Assembly (NCBI GenBank): GCA_902634185.1 | Contig: CACPJC010000002.1 | Coordinates: 138,538-202,537, forward strand | Direction of reading: 5' to 3' | Length of the DNA stretch: 64,000 nucleotides | Origin: an uncultured Candidatus Actinomarina sp. | Lineage (GTDB): Bacteria > Actinomycetota > Acidimicrobiia > Actinomarinales > Actinomarinaceae | Shown here: in pieces, positions 19,624-29,120 of the stretch | Layout of the letters: each line of letters begins with the position of its first letter | How positions within the stretch are numbered: position 1 is the stretch's first letter | The notes under the pieces: generated by a model | Told to the model about the DNA's origin: nothing | Databases searched by the model: none | What the model saw: the letters and a program-made list of their open reading frames with translations, nothing else | Translations under genes and position numbers: made by a program

Positions 19624-20087
19624 ATTCCTGAATCAAAATACATAGGTGGGCTTACTCCTATTGTCTGCCAACACAGCCCTTCACTAATTTCACATTCATC
19701 ATAAGTAAACACCCAAGTAACAACAAAATACTCATTTTTATTATTTAAAATTTTTATTTCATAATGAACCATCTCGCCATCTTCTTGAATTACTTCATAT
19801 GAGTAATCAGTTAAATCAACTATTGCGTTGTATGGAGCAGAAATAAGCATTGATTTAAATCTTCCAATTGGCCCGGTAACCTCTTTATTGTCTTTGTGAG
19901 CATTATTCCAGATTATTTCAACAGCTTTATCTGGGTCCAATGAGAAATTTCTATAGCTTTCCATTATCTCAATAAGAACATCCTCAGAATCTTTTTGTTC
20001 AACTACAAGATCATTATCAGCATTTGTAGAAGTACAATTGAATAAAAATAAGATAATTAAAAATAATTTTTGAAACTTCTTATCCAC
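19620..20087 (-). CDS. Lipoprotein, DUF4864-like
   Basis: Signal ending LFNC; A...N...TGP..RF..M....PY motif; GTG 20087 overlaps the upstream small-ORF stop. Confidence 0.6.
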   Translation of the reverse strand: MDKKFQKLFLIILFLFNCTSTNADNDLVVEQKDSEDVLIEIMESYRNFSLDPDKAVEIIWNNAHKDNKEVTGPIGRFKSMLISAPYNAIVDLTDYSYEVIQEDGEMVHYEIKILNNKNEYFVVTWVFTYDECEISEGLCWQTIGVSPPMYFDSGI

Positions 20088-20175
20088 TAAACACAAGCGT
20101 CACAACTAAGTACAAATGCAGTAAGAAAGTTACAAAGAGAAATGACCAAAAAAGTCTTTTTTCTAATTTACTCAC
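20080..20175 (-). CDS. 31-aa single-TM protein (paralog B; not in ORF track)
   Basis: MSKLEKRLFWSFLFVTFLLHLYLVVTLVFSG; GTGA overlap with paralog A. Confidence 0.7.
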   Translation of the reverse strand: MSKLEKRLFWSFLFVTFLLHLYLVVTLVFSG

Positions 20176-20279
20176 AATGAGATCGTGACTAAGCCCATTG
20201 AATTTAGAACTAAATAGAAGTGAAAAACAAAAGCAACTCCCATGAATGCCCAAAATGTACGTTTTTCTAATTTACTCAC
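20172..20279 (-). CDS. 35-aa single-TM protein (paralog A; not in ORF track)
   Basis: MSKLEKRTFWAFMGVAFVFHFYLVLNSMGLVTISL; TACCAT -10 6 nt upstream (leaderless). Confidence 0.7.
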   Translation of the reverse strand: MSKLEKRTFWAFMGVAFVFHFYLVLNSMGLVTISL

Positions 20280-20319
20280 AGTTGAATGGTAGTGATAAAA
20301 AAAAGTTTTAAGTAATTAA

Positions 20320-20478
20320 TTACTCTCTATTTGCTTTTTCGTATGCTTGACTATAAAGAATTAAGGTAGGTGCCCATAGTCCAACATAGATTGCTAGCTG
20401 TGAATCATCAAGCACAACATAGATTAATACCGATGCGATCACGGAAACTATGCTTGCATAAAGTCCAAGTTTTATCAT
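20320..20478 (-). CDS. 52-aa two-TM small protein (not in ORF track)
   Basis: MIKLGLYASIVSVIASVLIYVVLDDSQLAIYVGLWAPTLILYSQAYEKANRE; SD GAAAGGA. Confidence 0.75.
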   Translation of the reverse strand: MIKLGLYASIVSVIASVLIYVVLDDSQLAIYVGLWAPTLILYSQAYEKANRE

Positions 20479-20536
20479 TAAAAGGTCCTTTCAATTAATA
20501 TTATAATTTACCACAATTATTAGTATTAATTAGTAA

Positions 20537-20680
20537 ATGATAGAAACATTAAGTCAAAACCCGCTTTCATTGGTATTAATATTTCCAGTTGTAACCCTTA
20601 CGGTCTTTGTAGTTGGAATAATTAGGATAGATTTAGCTAAATTTCAACAAAAACATGTTTCAGGCAAAGAAGAAGAATAA
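20537..20680 (+). CDS. 47-aa single-TM small protein (not in ORF track)
   Basis: MIETLSQNPLSLVLIFPVVTLTVFVVGIIRIDLAKFQQKHVSGKEEE. Confidence 0.6.
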   Translation: MIETLSQNPLSLVLIFPVVTLTVFVVGIIRIDLAKFQQKHVSGKEEE

Positions 20681-20717
20681 TCATTTTTTTGTCACAACAA
20701 AATACTTATATTAGATT

Positions 20718-21218
20718 ATGAATTTTGGTGAACTAGAAAACCTTAATGACTCAGAACTCTTTGATTTACAGAATAAAATATCAGAAATTGTAAAACTAAG
20801 AAATCTTGAAAAAGGAGATTTAGAGGAAATAATTGATAATTCTTTTAATGTAGGTTTTCCAAAAGTAGATGGCCTAGGACTAAACCCTTGGATTGAGAAT
20901 TCCTTAATTATTTGCCCTGGAGCAAGAATTGATAAAACAAAAACAAGACATATTTGTAAATTTATTGTCATTGACGAGGAATGGTCATGGGAGTCACCAC
21001 ACATGATTAGTGATGTAATACGAAGAGACCAATCTTCAAAAAACTTTAGGCAACATTCGATAACGCTGATTTCACCATTTGAAGGCATGAAGGTGCAAGT
21101 AATATCTCAAAAATCACAACAGGGAAAACATCTTGTTGAGGGCGTCGAGTCTTTTGAATTTAAAAACGGGATACTTGAGAAAACTATGACAAAAGCATCA
21201 AGATCAAGGGAACATTAA
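20718..21218 (+). CDS. Hypothetical protein
   Basis: 166-aa ORF with genome-typical composition; no motif recognised. Confidence 0.75.
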   Translation: MNFGELENLNDSELFDLQNKISEIVKLRNLEKGDLEEIIDNSFNVGFPKVDGLGLNPWIENSLIICPGARIDKTKTRHICKFIVIDEEWSWESPHMISDVIRRDQSSKNFRQHSITLISPFEGMKVQVISQKSQQGKHLVEGVESFEFKNGILEKTMTKASRSREH

Positions 21219-21248
21219 TTATTCACCAAAGTTTTATAATTTAATTAT

Positions 21249-22490
21249 ATGTTAAATGTAGTCGTAATAGGTGGTGGCTTTGGGGGTCTTAAATTCCTAC
21301 AACGGGCTAGAAGCAGCAAGATTCAATTTACGCTTATTGATAAACAAAACCATCATTTATTTCAACCTTTACTCTATCAAGTTGCAACAGCAGTTTTGTC
21401 GCCTGCAAACATCGCTTTTCCAATAAGAAGAATGTTTAAAAATTTTAAAAATGTAAAAGTTATTTTAGACGAGGCAACTGACATTAATAGAGAAGATAAA
21501 ACTGTAACAATTTCCAGTGGTGAAAAAATAAAATATGACCAATTAGTTGTAAGCACGGGCTCTAGACATTCATATTTTGGCAATGATGATTGGTCAGAGT
21601 ATTCAAATGGTCTTAAAGGCATAAATGATGCACTGCAGATTAGAGAACGTTTATTAAGAGCATTTGAAAAAGCTGAGAACGAAAAAAATATTGAAAAGAG
21701 AAATAAATATTTAAATTTTGTTGTTGTAGGAGGAGGTCCTACAGGAGTTGAAATGGCTGGGTCAATTGCAGAAATAGCTTATAAAAATATGAAAGAGGAA
21801 TTTAGAAACTTCAAAAGCTCAGATGCAAACGTATATCTTATCGAAGCAACAGAAAAAATATTACCAATGTATAGTGATAGGCTTTCTGGCAAAGCAGAAA
21901 AATATTTAATCGATTTTGGGGTTCAGGTTAGAACAAACGAAAAAGTGATAAAAATAGAAAATGATTTAGTAGTTACTGATAAAGAAAGCATAGAAACAGA
22001 CAATGTGATTTGGGCTGCTGGAAATGAAGCAAGCCCAATAATTAAAAAACTAAATACAAAAACTGACTCTGAAGGAAGAGCGATAGTTGATCCTGACTGT
22101 TCTATTAAAGAAGATGGAAATGTATTCGTTATCGGGGATGCCGCAAATTACAAGAATAAGAACAACTCTACACTCCCTGGTATAGCTCCTGTTGCTATTC
22201 AGCAAGGTAAATATTTAGCAAAAATTATTAAGAATAAAACTCTAAAACAAGATAGAAAACCATTCAAATATTATGACAAAGGAATGATGGCAACAGTTGG
22301 GAGATACAAAGCAATTGGCAAGATTGGAAATATAGAAATATCTGGATTTATCGCTTGGTTGTTTTGGAGTGCAATACACATACTTTATTTAATTGGATAT
22401 AGATCAAAAATATTAGTAGTTATCGAATGGATATTCTCTTACCTCTTTAATAAAAAAGGAACAAGATTAATTTATAGAGAACCTACTTAA
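21249..22490 (+). CDS. ndh: Type II NADH dehydrogenase
   Basis: GGGFGG, HLFQPLLYQVAT, GGGPTGVEMAG, IGD, AIQQG, KG.MATVG. Confidence 0.93.
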   Translation: MLNVVVIGGGFGGLKFLQRARSSKIQFTLIDKQNHHLFQPLLYQVATAVLSPANIAFPIRRMFKNFKNVKVILDEATDINREDKTVTISSGEKIKYDQLVVSTGSRHSYFGNDDWSEYSNGLKGINDALQIRERLLRAFEKAENEKNIEKRNKYLNFVVVGGGPTGVEMAGSIAEIAYKNMKEEFRNFKSSDANVYLIEATEKILPMYSDRLSGKAEKYLIDFGVQVRTNEKVIKIENDLVVTDKESIETDNVIWAAGNEASPIIKKLNTKTDSEGRAIVDPDCSIKEDGNVFVIGDAANYKNKNNSTLPGIAPVAIQQGKYLAKIIKNKTLKQDRKPFKYYDKGMMATVGRYKAIGKIGNIEISGFIAWLFWSAIHILYLIGYRSKILVVIEWIFSYLFNKKGTRLIYREPT

Positions 22491-22492
22491 CT

Positions 22493-23863
22493 TTATAACA
22501 GTAAAAGAGCTATTCCTAGAAAACCAGCAAATCCTGCAATGTCTGTAATTAATGTAAGAAATATGTTTGATGCTAATGCGGGGTCAAAACCTATCTTTTT
22601 AAGCATTAAAGGTATTGATGAACCAAATAAATTACCAATAAATATGTTTCCAAAAACTGCAATACTAAGTGCTAAAGAATAATCATTCAAACCAATTAAA
22701 CTTAGTATTAAAAAAGATAAAACACCTACAAAAATACCATTTATTATTCCTATGAAAGTTTGTTTTCCGATTACCTCAAAAACCCTAGCATCCGAAACAT
22801 CATTTCTAGCAAGAGCCCTAATTACTATAGCTAGAGATTGAGCACCTGAATTTCCACCAACTAAAGCAACTACTGGCATTAGGGCAGCTAGCAGAATGTC
22901 GCTAGCAATAGTCTCTTCGAATTGAGATATTAGTAAAGACACTATAAAAGCCAAACCCATATTTATTGCAATCCATGGGAGCCTTAAACGTATAGACTTT
23001 TGTATGGGTGTGAATATAGTTTCTTCTGCTCCAGCACCAAACGATTGTGAGAAATCTTCTGCAATTTCAGTTTGAATAACATCTAGCGCCGTATTGACAG
23101 TGGTTTGACCGATAAGTTTGTTACTTTTATCTACTACTGGAAGAGCTAACAGTTCATATTGTTTAATTAAAATTGCTGCCTCCTCTTGATCTGAGGACGG
23201 ATTTACAGAAATTGGATTTTGAATCATTACATTTTTAATTAATTCATTTTCATCTGCAAATACTATTTCCCTGAATGAAATAACCCCGGTTAATTTCCCT
23301 TCACTATCAACGGAATATACGTAAATCAGATCTTCAACATTATCGTGAAGAGCTTTTAACTCTTTTAGTGCATCTTTAACTTTTAAACCAGTTGATATTT
23401 TTGCAACCTCTTCAGACATCTGTCTACCTACCGAGTTTTCAGGGTAAGCTAGTCTCTTGTTTATGTTGAGTTTTGTTGACTTATCAAGAATTTCTAAAAT
23501 TTCTTCGGTTTCATCTTCAGTAGATCTCTCAAAAACATCAACTACATCTTCTGTATCCATTTGTTTAAATATCTCTTCAACATAAGAATCTTTTAATACC
23601 TCTACAATTTCAATAATTGCTCTTGGTCTCAGTGATTCAAATATTTTTACTGAAGTTTCAATAGGAAGTGAGGTAATTAATTTTCCTGCTTCTGATGGGT
23701 CAAATTCTTCTAGAGTATCAGCAGAGTCAAATGGGTCGGTTTCAGCAATTTGAACCCATAGGTCTTTATTATTTTCTAAATATATCAAAGCTTGAGCAGG
23801 CTCTGAACGTGCTAAATCTCTTAATTCTTTACCTTTTAATGGTTCTTTTGAATCATTATTCAT
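22493..23863 (-). CDS. mgtE: Magnesium transporter MgtE
   Basis: N domain plus CBS pair, RLPW, GGNSGAQ, DPALAS...T..TD. Confidence 0.94.
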   Translation of the reverse strand: MNNDSKEPLKGKELRDLARSEPAQALIYLENNKDLWVQIAETDPFDSADTLEEFDPSEAGKLITSLPIETSVKIFESLRPRAIIEIVEVLKDSYVEEIFKQMDTEDVVDVFERSTEDETEEILEILDKSTKLNINKRLAYPENSVGRQMSEEVAKISTGLKVKDALKELKALHDNVEDLIYVYSVDSEGKLTGVISFREIVFADENELIKNVMIQNPISVNPSSDQEEAAILIKQYELLALPVVDKSNKLIGQTTVNTALDVIQTEIAEDFSQSFGAGAEETIFTPIQKSIRLRLPWIAINMGLAFIVSLLISQFEETIASDILLAALMPVVALVGGNSGAQSLAIVIRALARNDVSDARVFEVIGKQTFIGIINGIFVGVLSFLILSLIGLNDYSLALSIAVFGNIFIGNLFGSSIPLMLKKIGFDPALASNIFLTLITDIAGFAGFLGIALLLL

Positions 23864-23904
23864 GAATACCTCGTATTCACTTTAATTGTCTTAATAAATT
23901 TTAT

Positions 23905-25788
23905 TTATGTTAATTGTTTTTTGTGCCAGTCAATTATCGAGTCAAACCTTTGAATTCTATGATTTGGCTTCCCTGATCTAGAAAGTTCGTGGCTTTCATC
24001 TGGAAACCTAATCATTGTTGTATCAATACCACGTCTTTTAAGATTTGAAAACAGTTGTTCAGCTTGTTCAACTGGACATCTGTAGTCCTTTTCAGAATGA
24101 ATAATTAGGGTTGGAGTAATAATATTATTTGCATATGTGATTGGACTTTTTTTTCTGTATAAATTTAAATTATTATTCATATCATCTAAAAGATACATTT
24201 CAGGAAAACCAATACCGATATCTGACGTTCCTACCATGGTTTCCCAATTCAGCAAAGCTCGCTCAACAATTGCAGATTTAAACATTTTTGGATAATGGCC
24301 AATAACCCAAGAGGTCATAAATCCTCCATAAGAACCACCCATAATTCCGTAATTTTTGTTTTCAATACCCATAAGCTTCAGCATTTTTTTAAAAGAAGTT
24401 AATACATCGTGTACATCATTAACTCCCCATTTTCTTCCGCATACATCTCTCAAGAAATCATGACCTCTTCCTGTTGAACCTCTAGGATTGCAGGCAATAA
24501 CATTGAAACCAGCTGAAGCATATGTTTGAAATTCATCAAAAAACGTGTATCCATATTGACTCGCAGGTCCACCATGTATATTTAATAGTGTTGGTTTATT
24601 CTTCCCAACAAAAATTCCCCATGTGTCTATATCAGATTGACCAGTTTGTATTCGATGATATTCACATCCAAATGTTCTCACATTATTATTGAAGTCATCA
24701 TTTGTGGTAGACAGCTTCTTGAGTCTCCCATTTACCAATTTAAATATTTCATCGGGATGAGAGAAAGAATTTGCTATTACATACAAGTCTTCACCTACAA
24801 AATTAAAATCTTTTATAGTTATATCTTCTTCAATTATCGTTTCTTTCTGACTAGCATTCCTTAAAAGAGTTTTTCCAGAGTCTTCATATAAACAAAAGAT
24901 TTCATTATTATATATTTTTACTGACACGACATTTCTATCAAATTCATGCTCAAGAAAACTCAATTTTCCATTTTCTGAGACTTTTAAAATGGTAGTGTTT
25001 GTTGGCCAATCGAATCTTTTTCTTAAGCCGACGGCGTAAAGTTTATCTTTAAGACTAAAGATTTGATTAAACATTCCACCAGAATTAATTTTTACTAATT
25101 TTGACTTTACTAATTTGATTATATGTTCCTCAAGCATTGTTCCGTTTTCATTATGCTGACTTCCTATAAAGTAAAGATCCGACCCCACTTCAATTAGAGA
25201 TGATATAGAAAGTAACGATTCCTTATCACCATCAACAATTTTTTCAATTTTTAATGAAGAAATGCTTATTTTATAAATGTGAAATCTTTTATTGTAAATT
25301 ACTCCAGTGGTGTCAAATCTGAAGGGTAACTTGTTGATAACTGTAGGATGATCTGTTTTATTCTCAATTTTTTTAAACTCATCAGACCATTCTTTGGTAA
25401 TCACATATACGAACTTGCTATTCTCACTCCAAACATAATTTACAATTGAGTCCTCAGTATCAAAGATTACTTTTTCACTATTACCATTTTTTACAACTAA
25501 ATAAGTTTTTGATGAATTTTTCTTTTTCTCAAGCGAGTCAAGAATCTCCGAAGATTTAGGTGTTTTAACAAATGAAATCAATTTATTATTTTTTGAATAT
25601 TTTGGAATTGAGAAATTCCAGTTTGTAGACTTTTTTAAATCTGTCCATTTATTTTTTGATAATTTATGAATTGAAGATTCATATGAATTGTTTTCCAAGT
25701 TTATTTTCGTTGATTTGTAAACAATATCTGAACCATTACTTTGAAGCTCAGACAAATTTTTAAAGTCAGAAATATTATTAGGATTCAT
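23905..25788 (-). CDS. S9 family (prolyl oligopeptidase/acylaminoacyl) peptidase
   Basis: IHGGP, NPRGS.G, GGSYGG, D.RCP, E.HELSRSG. Confidence 0.93.
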   Translation of the reverse strand: MNPNNISDFKNLSELQSNGSDIVYKSTKINLENNSYESSIHKLSKNKWTDLKKSTNWNFSIPKYSKNNKLISFVKTPKSSEILDSLEKKKNSSKTYLVVKNGNSEKVIFDTEDSIVNYVWSENSKFVYVITKEWSDEFKKIENKTDHPTVINKLPFRFDTTGVIYNKRFHIYKISISSLKIEKIVDGDKESLLSISSLIEVGSDLYFIGSQHNENGTMLEEHIIKLVKSKLVKINSGGMFNQIFSLKDKLYAVGLRKRFDWPTNTTILKVSENGKLSFLEHEFDRNVVSVKIYNNEIFCLYEDSGKTLLRNASQKETIIEEDITIKDFNFVGEDLYVIANSFSHPDEIFKLVNGRLKKLSTTNDDFNNNVRTFGCEYHRIQTGQSDIDTWGIFVGKNKPTLLNIHGGPASQYGYTFFDEFQTYASAGFNVIACNPRGSTGRGHDFLRDVCGRKWGVNDVHDVLTSFKKMLKLMGIENKNYGIMGGSYGGFMTSWVIGHYPKMFKSAIVERALLNWETMVGTSDIGIGFPEMYLLDDMNNNLNLYRKKSPITYANNIITPTLIIHSEKDYRCPVEQAEQLFSNLKRRGIDTTMIRFPDESHELSRSGKPNHRIQRFDSIIDWHKKQLT

Positions 25789-25802
25789 TTATAGTTTTTA
25801 TG

Positions 25803-27185
25803 TTATTTTATTCTGTTGTAAAGCAGTGTGCCAATTATAGAGAATATAAAACCTACACCAAAAGTATTTAAGTCAGCCAGTCCATAAATGTCAGTTGGTA
25901 TAAACAACCCCCCAGGATTTACATTTAGATCAACATAATAAAATCTATATAATATTGATGAAACAAATCCTAGTGAAAATGGAACCACAATTCCTTGACT
26001 TGTTTTTCTCATTCGGATTTTATAAAACGCTGGAAAAACCAAACATACTGCTAGTAAATCAGCAAATAAAAAAACTGAAAAAATATTTGTAACAAAAAAC
26101 GACAAGGTTAAAGATCCAAATGTTATAACCAGAGTGATTATTTTTGCTTCAGCAACACCACTTTTGACAATATCTAAAGCCATTGTTGATGATATTGCGC
26201 TTTGTAGTGAGTCGATACTTGATGCAACCAACATTGTGCAAAGGCCTATAACAAGTATTCTTGAGAAACTATTTAATTGTATTTGTTGAATAAAACTTAA
26301 TGATGGGTTCTCAATTCCAAAACCAGCACCTGACGATCCAGCAATTCCAAGTATTAGTACAGTTAAAAAACATCCAAGACCTGCAAAAATTGAAGATTTT
26401 TTTATTACGCTATTGTCTAATGCTGAGTAAGTTCTTTGCCAGTAACCTTGTGAAAAAATTTCAGCTGCAGTCACTGCAAGGATAACTGCAACAGCAGATT
26501 TAAAGCTTGGAAGTGTGAATGAATTAAGTCCTCCAATGTTTGCTGCTTTTATAATTTCTCCTAAACCGTTTTGACTAACCCACAGAGAAAAAACTATAAA
26601 TAATAGAATAATTATCGAGATCCCCTGAAATCTATCAGTAATTAAAGATGCTTTGAAACCGGACAAGTTTAAATATAGGAATGTGACTAGTGCTATTGCT
26701 ATACAAACAATTAGGCCTGAAGTGTTAGATATCTCTGGAAAAAGAAAGTTGATTGATGCAAATTCAGCAATTAAAAAAGCTGACATATAGATGATTGCAA
26801 CTAATGAAACAAAAATTTGTGCAAAATTACCGTATTGTTTGTTTATATATTGAGGTAGTGTTGCCTTATCTGGTACAGCTTCAACAATTTTAGGACCCAG
26901 AAAATAAAGCAGTCCAAAAGGTGTTGCAGCTGAAATAGCGTAACCTATTACATCAAAACCTAAACCATACCAGCCGACCTCCGCTGGAGAAGCAATAATC
27001 CAAAGTCCCATACCACTTGCGTAAAAGCTAAGACTCAAATTGAAAGTATTTTGAGATTTTAACATCACAAAATATCCATCCCCAACTTCTTTATTTGAAA
27101 GTCTTCTTGTTAAAACAAGAAATAGTAAAAGGATGAAAAAAATTAAAATATAATTTATTAAAACATCTGCACTAATTTGCACCAT
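25803..27185 (-). CDS. Sodium:solute symporter, ThiV-like thiamine/precursor transporter
   Basis: Multi-TM, S.YASGMG.W, QGYWQR..SA, SS.DS; downstream of TPP riboswitch. Confidence 0.82.
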   Translation of the reverse strand: MVQISADVLINYILIFFILLLFLVLTRRLSNKEVGDGYFVMLKSQNTFNLSLSFYASGMGLWIIASPAEVGWYGLGFDVIGYAISAATPFGLLYFLGPKIVEAVPDKATLPQYINKQYGNFAQIFVSLVAIIYMSAFLIAEFASINFLFPEISNTSGLIVCIAIALVTFLYLNLSGFKASLITDRFQGISIIILLFIVFSLWVSQNGLGEIIKAANIGGLNSFTLPSFKSAVAVILAVTAAEIFSQGYWQRTYSALDNSVIKKSSIFAGLGCFLTVLILGIAGSSGAGFGIENPSLSFIQQIQLNSFSRILVIGLCTMLVASSIDSLQSAISSTMALDIVKSGVAEAKIITLVITFGSLTLSFFVTNIFSVFLFADLLAVCLVFPAFYKIRMRKTSQGIVVPFSLGFVSSILYRFYYVDLNVNPGGLFIPTDIYGLADLNTFGVGFIFSIIGTLLYNRIK

Positions 27186-27214
27186 TACCTCATTTCGTAA
27201 ATGGGATAAGAGTA

Positions 27215-27296
27215 CCGAATATCCCTTCGTTAGAATTACCTAACAGGTTCATACGGTCGGTTTTTAACCCTCTCAGCTCTACTGCTCCCGTTAGTC
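27215..27296 (-). promoter_or_regulatory. TPP riboswitch
   Basis: Minus strand CGGGAGC..GCTGAGA..GACCGTATGAACCTGTTAGGTAATTCTAACGAAGGGA matches the THI-box. Confidence 0.92.
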
Positions 27297-27357
27297 ATAT
27301 ATTAGTTTAAATTTTGAATAAACAACCTATCTATAATTTATTATTAACATCTCAATA

Positions 27358-28266
27358 ATGAAAAATAATAATCTTCATCAAAAACCCTCTTTAATTCAAA
27401 CAATTTCAGCTGTTTTAACTGCAGGTGTAATGTGGGGATCTGGAAATGTAATTATAAGAAGTCTTTTATTAGAAGGGCTTAATGAAATTTTCCTTGTAAC
27501 TGCGAGAGTACTAATAATTGGTACACTACTTTTTTCATATTATATTATTTTCAATAAAGATAAATTTAATAAACAACTTCTTAAAGAAGCTTCATTTACT
27601 GGATTGGCCTCAATATTTTTTGTTAGTTGGGCATTTATATTCGCACTACAATATATCTCATCTGGTCTTGTCACTCTATTAATAAGCTCAGCACCAATTT
27701 TTACGGCAATGTGGGTTAAGCTTATTTTAAAAGAAGAAAAGATATCAAAACTAAAATATTTATCAGTTGTTGTTGGATTTTCAGGCATAGCATATTTGTT
27801 TATTTCACAAGAAACTGGACTACTTAATCAAGGAAATATTTTTTTAGGAGGATCATTAGCATTTCTTGGCGTCCAATGTATTGCTCTTGCTACAGTCCTA
27901 AATCGAAAATATGCACCAAGGTATAAGGTAAACAGTTGGCTCACATTTCAGTATCCACTTGTAATAATTTTGACTTTGCTTACATTCTTTATTTCCGGTG
28001 TAGGTATAGATGTCTTAAATCTATCTCAGCTTTTGAGATTAGTAGCACTTGTTGTATGTAATCTTGGAGCTTTTCTTTCATTTACATGGCTTATTCAAAG
28101 AGTTAGTGCTTTGCAAGTGGCAAGTATTGACTACTTAGTACCCGTGGTTGGTGTTACAGCAGGGGTTCTATTTTTAGGAGAGACCTTTAACAGAAATATA
28201 TTGATATCAAGCCTATTTATTTTTGCTTCTCTGTTGTTAACAACCAAGGATGAATTTTCAAATTAA
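27358..28266 (+). CDS. DMT/EamA family transporter
   Basis: About 10 TM in two repeats; ALQYISSG..TLL.S..PIF, YLVPV.GV..G..FLGE. Confidence 0.9.
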   Translation: MKNNNLHQKPSLIQTISAVLTAGVMWGSGNVIIRSLLLEGLNEIFLVTARVLIIGTLLFSYYIIFNKDKFNKQLLKEASFTGLASIFFVSWAFIFALQYISSGLVTLLISSAPIFTAMWVKLILKEEKISKLKYLSVVVGFSGIAYLFISQETGLLNQGNIFLGGSLAFLGVQCIALATVLNRKYAPRYKVNSWLTFQYPLVIILTLLTFFISGVGIDVLNLSQLLRLVALVVCNLGAFLSFTWLIQRVSALQVASIDYLVPVVGVTAGVLFLGETFNRNILISSLFIFASLLLTTKDEFSN

Positions 28267-28841
28267 AAGCTATCGTATACCTTTTTAACTTTTTTTAAAT
28301 CTTGCCAAGTTAACCATTTTGGTTTACCAGGTTCTTTTGACGGATTTCTTAAAAGATATGATGGGTGAAAAATTGGCATCACTTTGATATCATCTTTTTC
28401 AATCCATTCGCCTCTAATTTTGGATATTGGTTGTTTTATATTGAGAAAAGACTCAACAGCTGTAGATCCTGCAAGCACAATAATTTTAGGATCTAAAAAA
28501 TCGATTTGTTTATCAAGCCAAGGAATGCAAGACTTGACTTCTTCTAAAGACGGTTTTCTATTGTTAGGAGGTCTACATTTCACAATATTTGTAATATAAC
28601 AATCTTCTAGAGGATCAATTTCGACTGAGTTAAGAGCTGAATCCAACATTTTTCCAGCTCTACCTACAAAAGGAAAACCAGTAATATCCTCTTGTTCCCC
28701 CGGCCCTTCACCGATTATTAAAATTTCTGCATCAGGATTACCTTTTGCTACTACTACATTGGTTCTAGTTTCTGAGAGTGAACACTCTTTACACTTCCTG
28801 CATTCTTTATGAAGCAGTTCCAATCGATTTTTTGAAGTCAT
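28263..28841 (-). CDS. Uracil-DNA glycosylase family 4 (Fe-S)
   Basis: CKEC, GEGPG..ED..G.PFVGRAG, KCRPP.NR.P, HPSYLLR. Confidence 0.95.
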   Translation of the reverse strand: MTSKNRLELLHKECRKCKECSLSETRTNVVVAKGNPDAEILIIGEGPGEQEDITGFPFVGRAGKMLDSALNSVEIDPLEDCYITNIVKCRPPNNRKPSLEEVKSCIPWLDKQIDFLDPKIIVLAGSTAVESFLNIKQPISKIRGEWIEKDDIKVMPIFHPSYLLRNPSKEPGKPKWLTWQDLKKVKKVYDSF

Positions 28842-28863
28842 ATCAAAATATTAATATAAATTA

Positions 28864-29114
28864 TTTTTGTGAACGCCCCAGTTCTTCATAACTGGGGAGT
28901 TTTTGTATACCAACAACTTTAAGGGAGTAGCGTAGTATTTAATTTAATTATGAATTATTGAATTAAATAGAAGTTAAACAAAAGAACAATGTTAGTAAAA
29001 ATGAGAAAACCCTTGAATACTCCGCTTGTTTTGTTGCCAAAACTCACTTCTTCAAGGGTTATCTCTTACCCTTCTTGTAATGATCCTCTATAAAGATTTT
29101 CTTCACAAAAAGTT
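28864..29114 (-). ncRNA. Candidate ~250-nt structured non-coding RNA
   Basis: Upstream TTGAAA-N17-TATCTT; 10-bp 5'/3' terminal pairing; several nested stems; GCAA tetraloop on the minus strand; no convincing ORF. Confidence 0.55.
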
Positions 29115-29120
29115 AATTTA

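Noticed and set aside
20158-20280. ~19-bp direct repeat TTTTTCTAATTTACTCACA as a CRISPR remnant or att site
   Set aside because: Only two copies, no cas or integrase; explained by the identical N-termini of the two paralogous small ORFs
28921-28935. AAGGGAGTAGC resembling the start of a yybP-ykoY riboswitch
   Set aside because: Rest of the motif not seen and no plus-strand gene follows; the segment pairs within the minus-strand RNA model
28989-29093. Short plus-strand ORF (MLVKMRKPLNTP...) in the ncRNA gap
   Set aside because: No clear RBS, atypical composition, coincides with the strongest RNA stem
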